A stretch of DNA of 64,000 nt from Octopus vulgaris (taxonomy: Eukaryota), in the NCBI GenBank assembly GCA_951406725.2, contig OX597835.1, positions 32,426,001-32,490,000 of the forward strand, given 5' to 3'. Position numbers and translations under genes: made by a program. The notes beneath the pieces are model-generated. The model was not told the origin of the DNA and did not search any database. It was given only the letters and a program-made list of their open reading frames with translations. How positions within the stretch are numbered: position 1 is the stretch's first letter; each line of letters starts with the position of its first letter. Positions 12,955 to 27,593 of the stretch are shown one piece after another.

Positions 12955-14160
12955 ACCTGAACTGTGAATACAAACAGAATAAAACAAGTTTCGTGTAAAT
13001 CGGACAAGTGGTTCTTGGAATATCGGGTGTTTTGCGGGTATAAATACCCAAAACGGTACATAATGGGAAAAAACTCCGAAAATAACTTAACCCTGAAAGA
13101 AAAGAAACTCTAAGCTTTCAATTATGATGAGCAAAAGTATTAGTGGTTTGCCAACGAAACTTAGGAGTTGTTTTTTATAATAAATGCTTCTATTTTCGCT
13201 TTTATCAAAACACATTTTAATCATTTAGAAATATAAGTAAATATGATTTCAAACATGTAAGTTGTTTGCACAGTAAGTGTTTATATTTGAGCTTTCTTTA
13301 AACAGACAATATTTTAATCTTTTTAAAAATTATTTTCAAGTAAATACCATTTCAATAGTTTCTCTTGATATATCTAAAAATATTTTAAAGCAAAAATGAC
13401 TTTAAAAATACGGTTAATATTTTGTAAAATATCCCTTTGTAACCTCGGTGTGAAATTTTTTCCACGTGTTTTTTTCGGGTGCATTCAACGTATCTCACCT
13501 CAAAAGATTTGGCTACTATTTCTAGCACACCCTGCTACCACTTAACTGCTATTTGCGATAAAGGACCCAAAATAACTGTTACGTTGTAGAAGGGCGTGCA
13601 AGAATTAGCAGCCAAATCTTTCCTTTTCTGAGGAAGCCTTTTACGCTTGATTTCGATGTTACATTCGTTGAAAGCATGCGAAATAACCAGGAAAAGAAAA
13701 AAATCTCACGAAACAAAACTCCGTTGGTGGGAAACTCCGAGGTTCCCACAACCTTTCCCCCCCTTTCTTTTTCGGAAGACGGTGGCTTGCGGTGGGTTTG
13801 GAGGTGAGATACGTTGAATCCACTCGAAAAAAAAACCTGTGGAAAAATTTCACACTGAAGTAAGAACGGGTCCTTTACGAAATATTTACCCAAGATCGGG
13901 ACAGGCATGCGGATAGAAGGATAGATGAGACTGAAAAAGTAAGGGCTGAGCGTCTGGCGGAACAGAGGGAGAGAGACAGAAGCAGGAGAGATCAGGAATC
14001 GGACACTCGGAGAGCTGAGCGTCTGGCGAAACAGGAAAAGAGACAAAAGCAAACATCATGAATCGGATGCTCATGTGAATACAAACGGAATAAAACAAGT
14101 TTTGCGTAAATCGGACCATGGATTCCTGAGATACGCAGTTTTTTCGGGTACCTTGAATTA
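12955..14160. repeat. Composite unclassified DNA-element remnant with direct (12963-13020 / 14074-14131) and inverted (13445-13503 / 13797-13858) internal duplications
   Basis: TGTGAATACAAACxGAATAAAACAAGTTT..GTAAATCGGAC occurs twice; TTCAACGTATCTCACCTC and GAGGTGAGATACGTTGAA are inverted. Confidence 0.55.
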
Positions 14161-14967
14161 TAGGTGACCCAATGGGTAGTCTGGTAAACTACTAAACGGG
14201 TGATATGGATGTAGTAGTTGATCGGTGAACATTCAGAATAGCTATCAATACTTCATAAATTAAGAAAATGACAAGGGTTTGTGCACCTTTAAGTTCTTCT
14301 GTAAATGAATTTTTGCGCAAAATATTCATTTTTCGATAGAGTTTTACTCTCCAATTCCGTGTCACCTTGGGTGTTTAAAAACTTAAAGGGACATAAAACA
14401 TCTCTACAAACACTGAGAGGGGGAGAGGGAGAGAGAAAACAAGGTGAAGATGACTCTCACTTCACTCTGGTCTTCAACTGCCTGGGTGCGCCCCCTGGCG
14501 CACATATTCCCTTGCCTCTAATCAACGTGAAAGGTTCAAAGAGACTGAAGATTTTTTCGTGTTTATAAATTTTATTGTTATTTAACGTCGCATTCTCTTT
14601 AGAGTGTCACAATTGCTTAAAATGCAATATTCTGTGGAAATGCATGGAAAAGATGGACACCTCAAGTGCATTGTGCCTAAGAATCAGAAAAGACAAGGGA
14701 CTCACGATTAGAGACCCTTTCATAATATACGTTCAGTGTCTGCAGGTCTGTTAAATCTTAACTTGCCTAGATGCCAAGTTTCAATTCTCTCCCTTGAACT
14801 TGACTAGTAAGACTTTTAGATTACTTCCCTTAAATATAATATTTTCGTCTTTCTCCCCTCAACTTTCTCTTTCTTCACCTTTGTCCCTCTCTCTGTCTCT
14901 CAGGATATTATTTTTTTATAACATCAGTGGCTTAGCATACGTAAAAGACCCATAACAGTATCAAGCA

Positions 14968-15393
14968 GGGATCCTTTCGGTTTGAACGGCAGTTTTTAAA
15001 AATAATTTCCACGTAACTAAACACTTTTAAACTTCGTATACTGGTAGAATGTGTTTATAGAACATCTTTTTCTCTTGGCTTTATTGAGAAAATTCTATAG
15101 TTTGTAAGATATTTATTGTCGTTTTTTTTCTACAATTTCTGCAATTTCAACCAATCAATGATGTCTATTGAGGTGAAAACATTCTGTGCCATATGAATAT
15201 GTCCCTCGTTTAAGAAACAGATTGGGTTTATTTACATTTCTGAAGAAAAAAAAGATACCCTTCCCCCACCCCTAACTAACCCTAACCCTAAAACAGATTG
15301 GAATGCAATAGATCGATACTAGGGTCATAATTATGGGTGACAATCTCATATGACACCGCTAGAAAAAACTGCCGTTCAAACCGAAAAGATCCA
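14968..15393 (+). mobile_element. ~430-bp MITE with ~30-bp TIR GGGATCTTTTCGGTTTGAACGGCAGTTTTT and 6-bp TSD (copy 1)
   Basis: TSD CAAGCA on both sides; internal CCTAACCCTAA. Confidence 0.9.
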
Positions 15394-15869
15394 CAAGCAG
15401 TAGCGGCATGCTAAATACAGTAGTCAAAATGACCACTTGTGGTTTGGTCAGTTTGGCTGCTATATTTAGCATGCCGGTTCTGCTTGTTAGTACCCTTAAT
15501 CATTAATTGACTATATATATATATATTTTTGTTATTCGGATGGGCGATACTACCGGTTGCATTAAATCCGGTACTGAACTGGTACTTATTTAATTTATCT
15601 CAAAAGGATAACAAAAAAAAAATGATAAAATAAAATAAATGAAATAAAAAGCTGAACACACCTTGTTGGGATTTGATCTTAGAAATACTGCCGGCATTGT
15701 GCTCGGTATACTAACGATTCTGCGAGTTCGCTTATACTCTACACTTTTGTTTTTGTCTTTTTATTCGTTGTATATTTCGTTTTTTTTTATCTGGTTTTAT
15801 CGTTTTTTTATCTGGTTTGCAAGATTCCTTATGTGTTGTCTCTGGGGAGGGTGACATTGTTTTAATTTC

Positions 15870-15906
15870 CCTTACAAACCCAAGCAACGCCGGGCGATAC
15901 TGCTAG
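15870..15906 (+). mobile_element. Isolated Helitron 3' terminus (hairpin + CTAG)
   Basis: CCCAAGCAACGCCGGGCGATACTGCTAG-T, nearly identical to the 3' end of the element at 28219-28610. Confidence 0.65.
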
Positions 15907-15925
15907 TATATATATATATATATAA

Positions 15926-15974
<49 letters not shown>

Positions 15975-15975
15975 C

Positions 15976-16011
<36 letters not shown>

Positions 16012-17474
16012 GTATATATATATATTATGTATATATATATATATATACATATACATACATTGTGTAGTAAGTAGCTTGTTTACCAACCACATGGTTCCGG
16101 GTTCAGTCCCACTGCGTGGCACCTTGGGCAAGTTTCTTCTACTATAGCCTCGGGCCGACCAAAGCCTTGTGAGTGGATTTGGTAGACGGAAACTGAAAGA
16201 AGCCCGTCGTATATATGTATATATATATATATGCGTGTGCGTTTGTGTGTCTGTGTTTGTCCCCGTAGCATTGTTTGACAACCAATGCTGGTATGTTTAT
16301 GTCCCCGTAACCTAGCGGTTCGGCAAAAGAGAACGATAGAATAAGTACTGGGCTTACAAAAGAATAAGTCCCGGGGTCGAGTTGCTCGATTAAAAAAGGG
16401 TGGTGCTCCAGCTTGGCCGCAGTCAAATGACTGAAACAAGTAAAAGAGTAAAAAAGTATATATTTTCCTTCCAAAATTGTCGTTGCTTTTACAACACTCC
16501 GTCCGTTATTGGAATTATGAGAGTCAACATCCATTGACAAGGTTGGAAGAGCAACCAAAATTTTGGAAGAAAAATATAAAATATAAATAATGAACCGTGA
16601 GTGGAAATCGAACTGGTGAGTGTGTTAGATAATTAAGTATTAACACAATATCACTCTTCCCAGAGACAGCAAAATTTCGCTGTATATTTCTGTGAAATAA
16701 AGGGACATAACTCCACTTTAACTATTGCTCTCTTCGTGTTTTTATTCTTATTTTTCTGGATAAAATAGAGGCGGGAAATATTTCGATCCATTGGGATCCT
16801 TCCCTCCGTTCCTCTGTCACGATTCGCCTTTCCTTATCTATCTCCTTTTCTTTCTTTCTCTTACTATCTTCTGTCTACCCTCCCCTTCCCTTTATGTCTT
16901 TCTTTTTCTCTCTTGGTCTGTTTCTCCTTTTTCCTCTCTCTCATACTCTTTCTGCGTGTGTGTGTGTGTTGCGTCTCTCTTTCTCTCTCTCTCTTTCCTC
17001 TCTCTCTCTCTTTCCCTCTCTTTCTCTCTCTTTCTCTCCCTCCCTCTCTCTCTCCGCCTCTCTGTCTCTCTCTCTCCCTCTCTCCTGCGCCTGTTATTCA
17101 CTCTTTCACTCTCTTTTACTTGTTTCAGTCCTTTGACTGCGGCCATGCTGGAGCACCGCCTTTAGTCGAGCGACTCGACCCCGGGACTTATTCTTTTTTT
17201 GTAAGCCCAGTACTTATGCTATCGGTCTCTTTTGCCGAACCGCTAAGTAACGGGGACATAAACACACCAGCATCGGTTGTCAAACAATGCTAGGGGGACA
17301 AACACAGACACACAAACATACACACATACATATATATATACACATATATACGACAGGCTTCTTTCAGTTTCCGTCTACCAAATCCACTCACAAGGCATTG
17401 GTCGACCCGGGGCTATAGCAGAAGACACTTGCCCAAGATGCCACGCAGTGGGACTGAACCCGGAACCATAATTT

Positions 17475-17950
17475 TTTTTACTAGTTTCTGCTCGAAACTT
17501 GCGGCCATGCTGGGGCACCGCCGTTAGCTTTGCTACACTTCCACAATTCGAAACCTCCTCTGATATGCAGCATTGGTGAATGACGGAGTTTGATGATGCC
17601 GCCCTCATCTGAGTTTCCTGCTGCGAGGTACGTTCATCGGGAACTCTTGACAGGAAGAGATCCGTTTTGTTTCGAAGATACCTACATCCGCCCCATGTAG
17701 GTTTCTCAGGATTTGGGTGTGGGGACATTAAAGAGTTGTGGGCCCTTGAAACTCAAACTTTTGCAGTATCTGGTCCTGTATTCTGGTGGCAATATTGGGA
17801 TCCTTGATACTATGCAGTGGCAGTACCTCGTTCTGCTCTTTGCGTAAATTTCAATGCCAAAGTGTGGCGCATGCCCTTCCAGGATTTTCCAGATATATAT
17901 CACTGTATATCGTTCTGTATATGCCCTGATTCCAAATACTTCCACATGTG
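17475..17950 (-). mobile_element. CR1/L2-type LINE 3' fragment (ORF2 C-terminus plus 3' tail)
   Basis: ERYTVIYIWKILEG...KSLSFKGPQLFN motif; ends in GGCGGTGCCCCAGCATGGCCGC..GAAACTAGTAAAA. Confidence 0.75.
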
Positions 17951-17959
17951 TACAAATAC

Positions 17960-18395
17960 GGGATCTTTTCGGTTTGAACGGCAGTTTTTTAACATAATTT
18001 CTAGGTAACTAAAAAATTTTAAACTTCGTATACTGGTAGAATGTGTTTATAAAACATCTTTTTCTCTTGTCTTTATTGAGAAAATTCTATAGTTTGTAAG
18101 ATATTTGGTCTTTAATTTCTTGCATTTCGGCAATTTCAACCAATCAATGACCGTCTATTGAGGTGAAAACATTCTCTGCCGTATGTCTTTGTCCCTCGTT
18201 TAAGAAACAGATTTGGTTTATTTACATTTGTGAAGAAAAAAAAATACCCTTCTCCTCACCCCTAACCCTAACCCTAAGTAACCCTAACCTAAAACAGATT
18301 GAAATGCAACAGATCGATACTAGGGTCATAATTAAGGGTGACAATTTCATATGACACCGCTACAAAAAAACTGCCGTTCAAACCGAAAAGATCCC
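17960..18395 (+). mobile_element. GGGATC-MITE copy 2
   Basis: Same TIRs; TSD AAATAC on both sides. Confidence 0.9.
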
Positions 18396-19928
18396 AAATA
18401 CTTACATATGATCAGCAGCGAGACATCATGTGGTGCATCATTCTAGAAGTCTCTAGAATATATTCTCCAAACAAAGGCTATAGACAGGCACATTTTAAGC
18501 ACCAGACTTTATTTTGTGGCCACCTGAAACTAAGCCAACCACCTATTCATTTTACTGCTTTATAACGTGTGTGTGTGTGTGTGTTGTGTTTGTTCCCCTA
18601 CCATAGCTTGACAGCCAGTAGTGGTTTGTTGACGTCTCCGTAACTTAGCGGTTCGGCAAAATAAGACTTGTAGAATAAGTATTAAGCTTTAAACAATAAT
18701 AATAGCTTCTACTGTCGAGTCATTCGACACAGATTTATTCAAGGCGGTGCCCCAGCATGGCCGCCATATAATGACTGAAACAAGTAAAAGATATAAGATA
18801 AACGTTTGTGAATTTGTTTTGTAAGATTCCTGATGTGAAACAGAACAGGAGGAAACACGTCGATGGAAGCGTCGCTGGAGAGGTCACAGATGTGTGACGA
18901 AAGATTTCCAGACAATGGACATAAGATAAGATATGAACAATAATACACACGTATACACACACACACACGCACACACATACACACTCATATATGTATATAG
19001 TGTCTACCAAATCCACTCACAAGAACTTGGTCAACACTTGTTGAAGATTCCCTGCAGTGGGACTGAACCCAGAACCATGTGGTTGTTAAGCAAGCTACTT
19101 ACCACACAGCCACACCTAAATAATAATAATAATAATAGCATTTTATAAGCCTAAAGCTTATAAGCGAGCACCATGAAATAACTAAAAGAAAATAGTCTAA
19201 TAATGGGGGGAATATAATTCCTCGACGGAAAAAAAAAGTAGATTTTCTCGTCTACTTAATTTGGAAGGAATTTCTAGAAACTTTGATTAAAAGACACCCA
19301 TTTTTTGAAAGTTATGACGAAACAAAACGGGGATGCGGGGATTATCTGAAACTCCTCTCACTTAGCTTTTTCTACGATTATTTCTTTTCATTTACTTGTT
19401 TCAGTCATCAGACTGCGGCCATGCTGGGGCACAGCTTTGAAGAATTTTCTTCTGGTCGAACAATCGACCCCCCACACCCATCCAGTACTTATTTTAAAAC
19501 CTGGTATTTATTTTATTAGTCTCTTTTCTCGAACTGCTAAGTTACGGGTGCAGGGCACAACGAATTCCGATACAATCGTAATCAACGACGTTTGAATGGT
19601 ATTTGTAGGAAATTTCATTACAAAATATCCATTTTTGAGGAAGTTATGAGGGAACAAAGTCGGTGGGGAGGGGGAAGACACTTGTGTAGTTATGCCATGT
19701 GTGAGTGCGTGCGGCGTGCATGTGTATGTGTGTGCGTGTGTGTGTGTATGTGTGGATATATCTATCTATCAGCTACGCTAAGTAACGGGGACGTAAACAC
19801 ACCAACACCGGCTGTTAAGCTGCGTTTGGTGCCAAACACACACACATATATACGAACATACATACGATCATACATACATACATATATATATGGCTGAAAC
19901 AAGTAAATGGCTGAAACAAGTAAATGAT

Positions 19929-19980
<52 letters not shown>

Positions 19981-20614
19981 ATCATTTACTTGTTTCAGCC
20001 ATTTGACTACGGCCATGCTAGAGCACCGCCTTAACGGATCGACTCCAGGACCTATTCTTTGTAAGCCTAGAACTTATTCTTTGAGTCTCTTTCGCCGAAC
20101 TGCTATGTTACGAGGACATAAACACGCCATATATATATATATATATATATATACAAAATTTAGAGGACTTACCACTAAAATTTTAAATTTTAAATATATA
20201 TATATATATCTATATATATACACACACATGACGGGCTTCTTTCAGTTTCCGTCTATCAAATCCACTCTTAAGGCTTTGGTTGGCCTAGGGCTATAGTTGA
20301 GGACACTTTCCCAAGGTGCCACGCAGCTGACTGAACCCGGAACTCTGTACTTGAATAGCAAACTTTTGTTACCACACAACCACGTCTACAATCTATTCAA
20401 GGACAGATGTGCTTTTCTTCTTTTTTTTTCTTTTCTTCTTTTTTTTTCTTTTCTTCTTTCACAAAACTCATCTCTTTTCGTCACTTTCTTTCTCTCATAA
20501 TAAACATCTTTTTGTCTCTTTGCCTTTTAATTGTGCAGTGACTTCCCTTTTTTAAATAATATACATTCGCCGCTCATTAATTAATTAAGAAACTTACTTA
20601 TATCTACCCGTTCC

Positions 20615-20647
<33 letters not shown>

Positions 20648-20819
20648 CTCTTTTTGTTTTTTCTCGCTTTCTTCCTCTTTCTCCCTCATCTCTCACACCA
20701 CTACCATCACCACCGCCACCACCACCTTTAACATAGAACATAATCAACCCCATATCCCACAAAAAATATATATATATATATAAATAAATAAATAATCTCC
20801 GTACTTTTCCGTATATATG

Positions 20820-20875
20820 CGTCAAGTTCCGGTAGTGTTAAAGTTTACATTGTGACGTATGTCATGTGAATGAAC
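20820..20875 (+). promoter_or_regulatory. Candidate MFSD11 core promoter
   Basis: Non-repeat island ~950 bp upstream of the ATG with clustered TTCCGG (ETS-like, 20827), GTGACGT (CRE-like, 20852) and TCATGTGA (M-box/CLEAR-like, 20862). Motif matches only. Confidence 0.35.
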
Positions 20876-21801
20876 ATCGTTGCAAATTACACCTCCAATA
20901 ACAACAACAACGACAACAACGATAACAACAACGACAACAACGATAACGATGACAACTTTCGATGATAACAGCAATGGTAGTGAAAACAGAAAGGGATTCA
21001 CCGCCGGATTACCGCCACATTCACTATCATCCGTTTCTTTTGTCTGTAAATATTTAACGTAATTTTTTATTCCTGTGGCAGAAACATTTTTACAAGGAAC
21101 ATGACATAACAACGATCACCACACAGTACCTCGCAACTTCAACACTAGGTACCTTTCGCTCTCACACGTCCAAATATATAATATATATACGTATAATATA
21201 TTTTATATTTATGTGTACCAATAACACATATCTCTGATAGTCCAACGTAAAGCACATGACAGCCCTCAGTCACGCACTTTATAAATAGATATCTATATAC
21301 ACGAGCAATTAAAACACATATACACACACACATATAGGCACTTAACGCACTCACAATACACGTATATACATAAGCAATTAATGTACTCTCACACACATAC
21401 AGATACTCATCTAAATAACATCTAAGTTATACGTATTTTATACATACATACATACGAGTAGGTTAGACAGATACTTAATTATAACTAGCCTAATTGTCTC
21501 TTGTTCCTATATGAACAAATAATAATTATTATTATTGTTATTATGACCCATTTATGGTCAAATCAATATATGAGAGAGAACCGTCCCAGCACGTCTAAAC
21601 AATATCTTGACAAACGGATTGACAGACAAACAGAAGATACACAAGGAAGAACGGTCTTGAAGAAAAATTAAACATGTGTTATTGTGTATCAATTTAATTG
21701 ATTGATTTGTTAACAAGTTCGTTAAATTGTATAATTTAATCATCTACCCCGATCACAGACAGTTATTGTGGCACATATTAAAACGGCTATAAACAACGAA
21801 A

Positions 21802-21906
21802 ATGCCTCCCCAAAGCTTCTGTAACGCTAACATGTATAATGTCATAATTTTGGGGTTAGCCTTCATGTTCATCTTCACAGCATTCCAGACCACGTCCATG
21901 GTTCAG
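21802..21906 (+). CDS. MFSD11: UNC93-like MFS transporter MFSD11, coding exon 1
   Basis: MPPQSFCNANMYNVIILGLAFMFIFTAFQTTSMVQ matches the MFSD11 N-terminus (NIIILGVAFMFMFTAFQT); donor CAG|GTAAAA, phase 0. Confidence 0.93.
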
Positions 21907-23146
21907 GTAAAAGAAAAATATTACCTTTATTTATTTATTGAGCTATTTATTTATAGGCATAACTACAGATGTGTGCCCCATCTCGCTCGCTAACTTTCTG
22001 AAAAATGTATATATTTTTCTCATCTTTTATCTTTTACTGCAACTATCCCTTGGCACCCCCTTAAAGAAACTTTAGTCGCATGAATCGAACCCTGTATTAG
22101 TATATACATTAATCTCTCGTCATATCGCGGTTTATTTAAGGTTAGGTCGATTCCTCCGTAGTGTTGTTTTGCTTTTGTAATAAAATATATATACAAGGCA
22201 AGACTTCCTTTTGTACACTCCACTAAAAAAACCCACCTTTTTTTAAATTTATATTTATTTACTTATTTTAAGCTTGGCACTTATTCTTTTGGAGTCTTGC
22301 CGACCCTGTAAGTTAGTGAATGTAAACACAGCACCGGTTGTCAAGCGATTGTGGTGAACGGGGACACACACAGACACACACATATGACGGGCTTCTTTCA
22401 TTTTCCGTCTACCAAAATCCACACAGAGCTTTGGTTGGCCTGGGACTAGGAGGAATTCGGGGAATTCCAACAACGTTTCGTGGTTTGCTACTTTACCAGC
22501 TCTTTTATAGGACCAGTGACTAAAGACCTTATGAAGGTCCTGGATTCTTTGCCAACGAACCCGGAATCATGAGGTTGAGAAGTAGGCTTCTTACCACACA
22601 GCCACGCCTGTGCCTAGAAATTGAAATTTTGAAAAAAAACCCCAAAAAAACATGCATTTCGGTATATATGTGTGCAACCCCATCAATTATTTTTTCTCCT
22701 TTTATCGTTAAATCCCGATATAATCGTAATCCACGCCACCAGAAAGGTATTTTGTCCAAGGTGGTGTCCCAGTCACTGGGCTGGCGCATTGCTTGTGGCA
22801 CCACATAGGAGGGCTTAATCCTTGTCTTGTGGTTCTCAACCGGATCTATATGACCCCTCGGGGCTCATATAAGATTTTTGGGAGGGGTTCCAAGTAAGCT
22901 AGCAGTAATAATAAATTGGTGATCTACGGTTGTATTTTTAAGGGTCAATGATAAAATTCTACTTTCGATGTATTTAGTCTAAGAAACAGCTTGGTTTCTT
23001 TCTCCAATATTTTACAGTTTCTGGCCCCTGAAACATGTTCTCTTAGTTCTTTTGCAAACCTACACAAATGAATGGATGAAAAACAAAATATGAAATAAGT
23101 ATCTATAAAACTAGTTTTTAAACATCGGAGGGCTTACGAGGGAGGC

Positions 23147-23572
23147 GGGATCTTTTCGGTTTGAACGGCAGTTTTTTCTAGCGGTGTCATATGGAATTGT
23201 CACCCATAATTATGACCCTAGAATCGATCTATTGCATTTCAATCTCTTTTAGGGTTAGTTAGGATTAGTTAGGGGTGGAGGAAGGGTATATTTTTTTCTT
23301 CACAAATGTAAATAAACCCAATCTGTTTCTTAAACGAGGGACATATTCATACGGCACAGAATGCTTTTTAACTCAATAGACGTCAATGATTGGTTGAAAT
23401 TGCAGAAATTGAAGAAAAAAAGCAACATATATCTTACAAACTATAGAATTTTCTCAATAAAGCCAAGAGAAAAAGATGTTTTATAAACACATTCTACCAG
23501 TATACGAAGTTTAAAATTTTTTAGTTACCTAGAAATTATGTTAAAAACTGTCGTTCAAACCGAAAAGATCCG
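23147..23572 (-). mobile_element. GGGATC-MITE copy 3 (opposite orientation)
   Basis: Same TIRs; TSD GGAGGC on both sides. Confidence 0.9.
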
Positions 23573-24050
23573 GGAGGCGGGATCTGCCTGAGAATAAGTA
23601 ATCAAAGAAGTTCATAGATTAAAAAAAAAAAAAATGAGGGGCGTGTTGGGGTGAGAACCGGTACTTATATTACTTCGTTTGTTTTCCCAACAAATTTTGA
23701 TATAACCGTAATCTACACAATCTAAAATTTATAACTGTCGAATATCGTTAAAAGAACAAGCATTTTTTCAGAAAGTTATGAAGAAACAACATCGTTGGGA
23801 CCAGGGCACACATCTGTAACTATTTATATCTTTAGACAACTTGTATACAATAGCGTCGATGGTTATAAATTTGTTGCAACAGAGTTACGTTGTCTGTTTA
23901 TTGTATTCCTTTCAGCGAGTGACAAACAAGTTTATTGTTTGTTTCTTTTGTTTTTATTTTCTTCTTCTACTTGGTATTAAACTAGTATCGTCTGGAACTT
24001 CATTCGTATTCGAAAATAAATCATCTTTAGTATGTATGTATGTGTGTGTG

Positions 24051-24088
<38 letters not shown>

Positions 24089-26248
24089 CACACATATATA
24101 TATACACACACACATATATACATACACACACCCATGCCAGCATAGAAGCCAGACGTTAAACGATGTTGATGATAATATATATATATAGAACTGAACCCGG
24201 AACCATGTGGTTGGGAAGCAAGCTACTTACCAGACAGTCACTCCTTTGCCTACAATACAAACAACAACAATATACAAGTTACAGAAAGTCTTAAATGATC
24301 CAGAAACAATGACTAACGGTCAAGTTATCCTCCCCATTTAAACTGACCTTATCTGGCCCCAATATTCTATCTATTTTGTGTTCAAACTGGCTAGAACTGA
24401 CCTCTTGCACCTCCCCTACATTGTCATTGTAAAAGTATGCAAACACATCATTGAAATCTCAAAGCTACAACATAATGCATGATTAATTCAAAATGATGTG
24501 TATAAATAAATGCCATAAATCTTCGAGTATAGTCCGCCCTTGAGTATAATACGCAAGGGATTTTTAGGGGGCTGTACCTCTGCAAAACCTAAACCTTGTG
24601 TATAATACGCACCCCTTCTCTTACTTGTGTCAAAGAGGTCTATATAACGTCCTGGTTTGTAAAAATGTATACCGTAATGTCCTTTATTATTATTGCATAT
24701 ATAACATAATGCAAACGTGTAGCTTTTTTGTGCATTTTGTTTGCAGAAAATAAAGAAATAACAGTAATAACGTTTCATAAATGTTGCTTATTGCAAGTTA
24801 TGGATGATCCTTTTATGACTTCATTGCTTTCAGGCTTAACTTAAGGTATTTTCGCACCCAACATCACAAAATACATCTGAATAAAAATAGCCGGACAGAA
24901 AATAGAGACTCGAGCATTGTTTAGAAAATAATTTTCATTTTAAAACTCATATATTGGTGCAGGAGTGGCACATAAATATCCACTAAGGCGCAGGAGTGGC
25001 TGTGTGGTAAGTAGCTTGCTTACCAAACACATGGTCCTGGGTTCAGTCCCACTGCGTGGCACCTTGGGCAAGTGTCTTCTACTATAGCCTTGGGCTGACC
25101 AAAGCCTTGTGAGTGGATTTGGTAGACGGAAACTGAAAGAAGCCCATCGTATATATGTATATATATATGCATATGTGTGCATGTGTGTCTTTGTTCATCC
25201 CCCTAGCATTGCTTGACAACTGATGCTGGTGTGTTTATGTCCCTGTCACTTAGCGGTTAGACAAAAGACACCGATAGAATAAGTACTGGGCTTACAAAGA
25301 ATAAGTCCCTGGGTCGAGTTGGTCGATTAAAGGCGGTGCTCCAGCATGGCCACAGTCAACTGACTGAAACAAGTAAAAGCGCAATAGTACGCACTAGGGA
25401 TTTTGACCTTCAAATTTTGGGAAAAAAATGCAGATTATACTCGAGGATTTACGGTATTAGATTTGATAAAGTAATCTGAATGCTAAAGGTTTAAAAGTAT
25501 TTATAAGTTAGGAGTGCCGTTGTTCCACGAGACATGCAAAAGCAATATGAGAGAGCATCTAGTTCACACTCTGTAAAGTGGTTGGTATTAGGATTGTTCT
25601 ATAAACCATGCTAAAAGAGACAGTGGAGACATTGGTAATTACCATACCAACCAGCCCATGCCATTATGGCATATAGACATGAAGGCGATGATGATGAATC
25701 TAGTGAAATGACTTTAGTCTTATAAAGGTCAAAGTAAAATCGTTAAATGCAGAAGTGGGGGATGTGAACTAGACGTCACATACTAACCCATTCTCACACC
25801 TGGTCTTTCCCATTGTAATTTTATCTCCTGTATTGTGTCATCGGCTACAACCATTTATTTATATTTGTGACATTCCTAAACAAGTGTGCTCAACAAAAAC
25901 CACGCGAATTTATTTCCTCATAACTTTCAGGAAAATAGATATTTCTAAATGAAATTTTTCTGCAAATATCTTTTAGGTGGTGTAAATTAAGGTTACATTG
26001 GAATTTAATGTGTAAAACAAGAAAGAAAATAGGTTGGTGTGCACACTTTTATACTGACACCCGTCACATAAATATCCACAAAAGCGCGGGAGTGGCTGTG
26101 TGGTAAGTAGCTTGCTTACCAAACACATGGTCTCAGGTTCAGTCCCACTGCATGGCACCTTGAGCAAGTGTCTTCTACTATAGCCTCCGGCCAACCAAAG
26201 CCTTGTGAGTGGATTTGGTAAACAAAAACTGAAAGAAGCCCGTCATCG

Positions 26249-26307
<59 letters not shown>

Positions 26308-27551
26308 ATTTGTTTGTCTGTATTTGTCCCTCCCAACATCACTTGACAACCGATGCTGGTGTGTCTACGTCCCCATAACGTAGCGTTTTGACAAAAGACA
26401 CCGATAGAATAAGTACTTGGCTTACAAAGAATAAATCCTGGGGTCGATTTGCTCGACTAAAGGTGGTGCTCCAGCATGGCCGCAATCAAATGACTGAAAC
26501 AAGTAAAAGAGTAAAGTGAAACTTGAAATTTTGAAACAATTGTGTAACCTATCAGTATGAATTGGTGCAGACCCATCAATTCTTCCACTTTTTTGTTTTT
26601 TACATTAAATTCCATTATAATCATAATTTACACTATAACAAGGGTATATTTTTTTCACTTTGTATCTTGTTTTAGTCATTGGACTGCAGCCATATTAGGG
26701 CACCGCCTTGACGAAATTTAATCAAACTAATCAACCCCAGTACTTATTATCATTTGACTGTGGCCATGCTGGAGCACCCCCTTTAGTCGAGCAAATCGAC
26801 CCCAGGACTTATTCTTTGTAAGCCTAGTACTTATTCTATCGGTCTCTTTTGCCGAACCGCTAAGTTACGGGGACGTAAACACACCAACATCGGTTGTCAA
26901 GCGATGTTGGGGGGGGGGGACACACACACACACATATATATACATATACATATATATGACGGGCTTCTTTCTGTTTCCGTCTACCAAATACTGGTACTTA
27001 CTGTACCAGTATCTTTTGCCGAATCTCTAAGTGACAGGGACATAAACATACCAACACCAGTTGACAAACACACACACACATACATATATACACACCATGG
27101 GTTTCTTTCAGTTTTCATCACGAAATTGACTTATAAGGCTTTGGTTAGCCTGAGGCTATAGTAGAAAACTCACTTGTCTAAGGTGCCATGCTGTGAAAGT
27201 GGCCCAGGAACCATGTGGTTGGTGGGGCACACTTGTGTAGTTATGCCTCATTTTCTTCCTCTTTAATAGTTTCTTTGTGGCTGTGACTATAACATGAACA
27301 GATGTCACCTTTTACTGTTCGGTCACATACTTCTTAAATATCAATAACATAGCTAAAAGTTATTATAAAAAGAGAGCAGCTGACTTAGTAAATACTAGGC
27401 TATCACATATAGCTTGTTTACCAACCACATGGTTCCGGGTACAGTCCCACTGCGTGGCACCTTGGGCATGTGTCTTCTACTATAGCCTCGGGCCGACCAA
27501 AGCCTTGTGAGTGGATTTGGTAGACGGAAACTGAAAGAAGCCCATCGTATA

Positions 27552-27593
<42 letters not shown>

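Noticed and set aside
15862-16558. Recurrent ORFs such as RRASFSFRLPNPLTRLWSARG and DGLLSVSVYQIHSQG
   Set aside because: Translations of the family-A SINE, repeated at dozens of loci; not a protein family.
18260-18295. (CCCTAA)n as an interstitial telomere
   Set aside because: Only a few units, and an integral part of the MITE in all copies.
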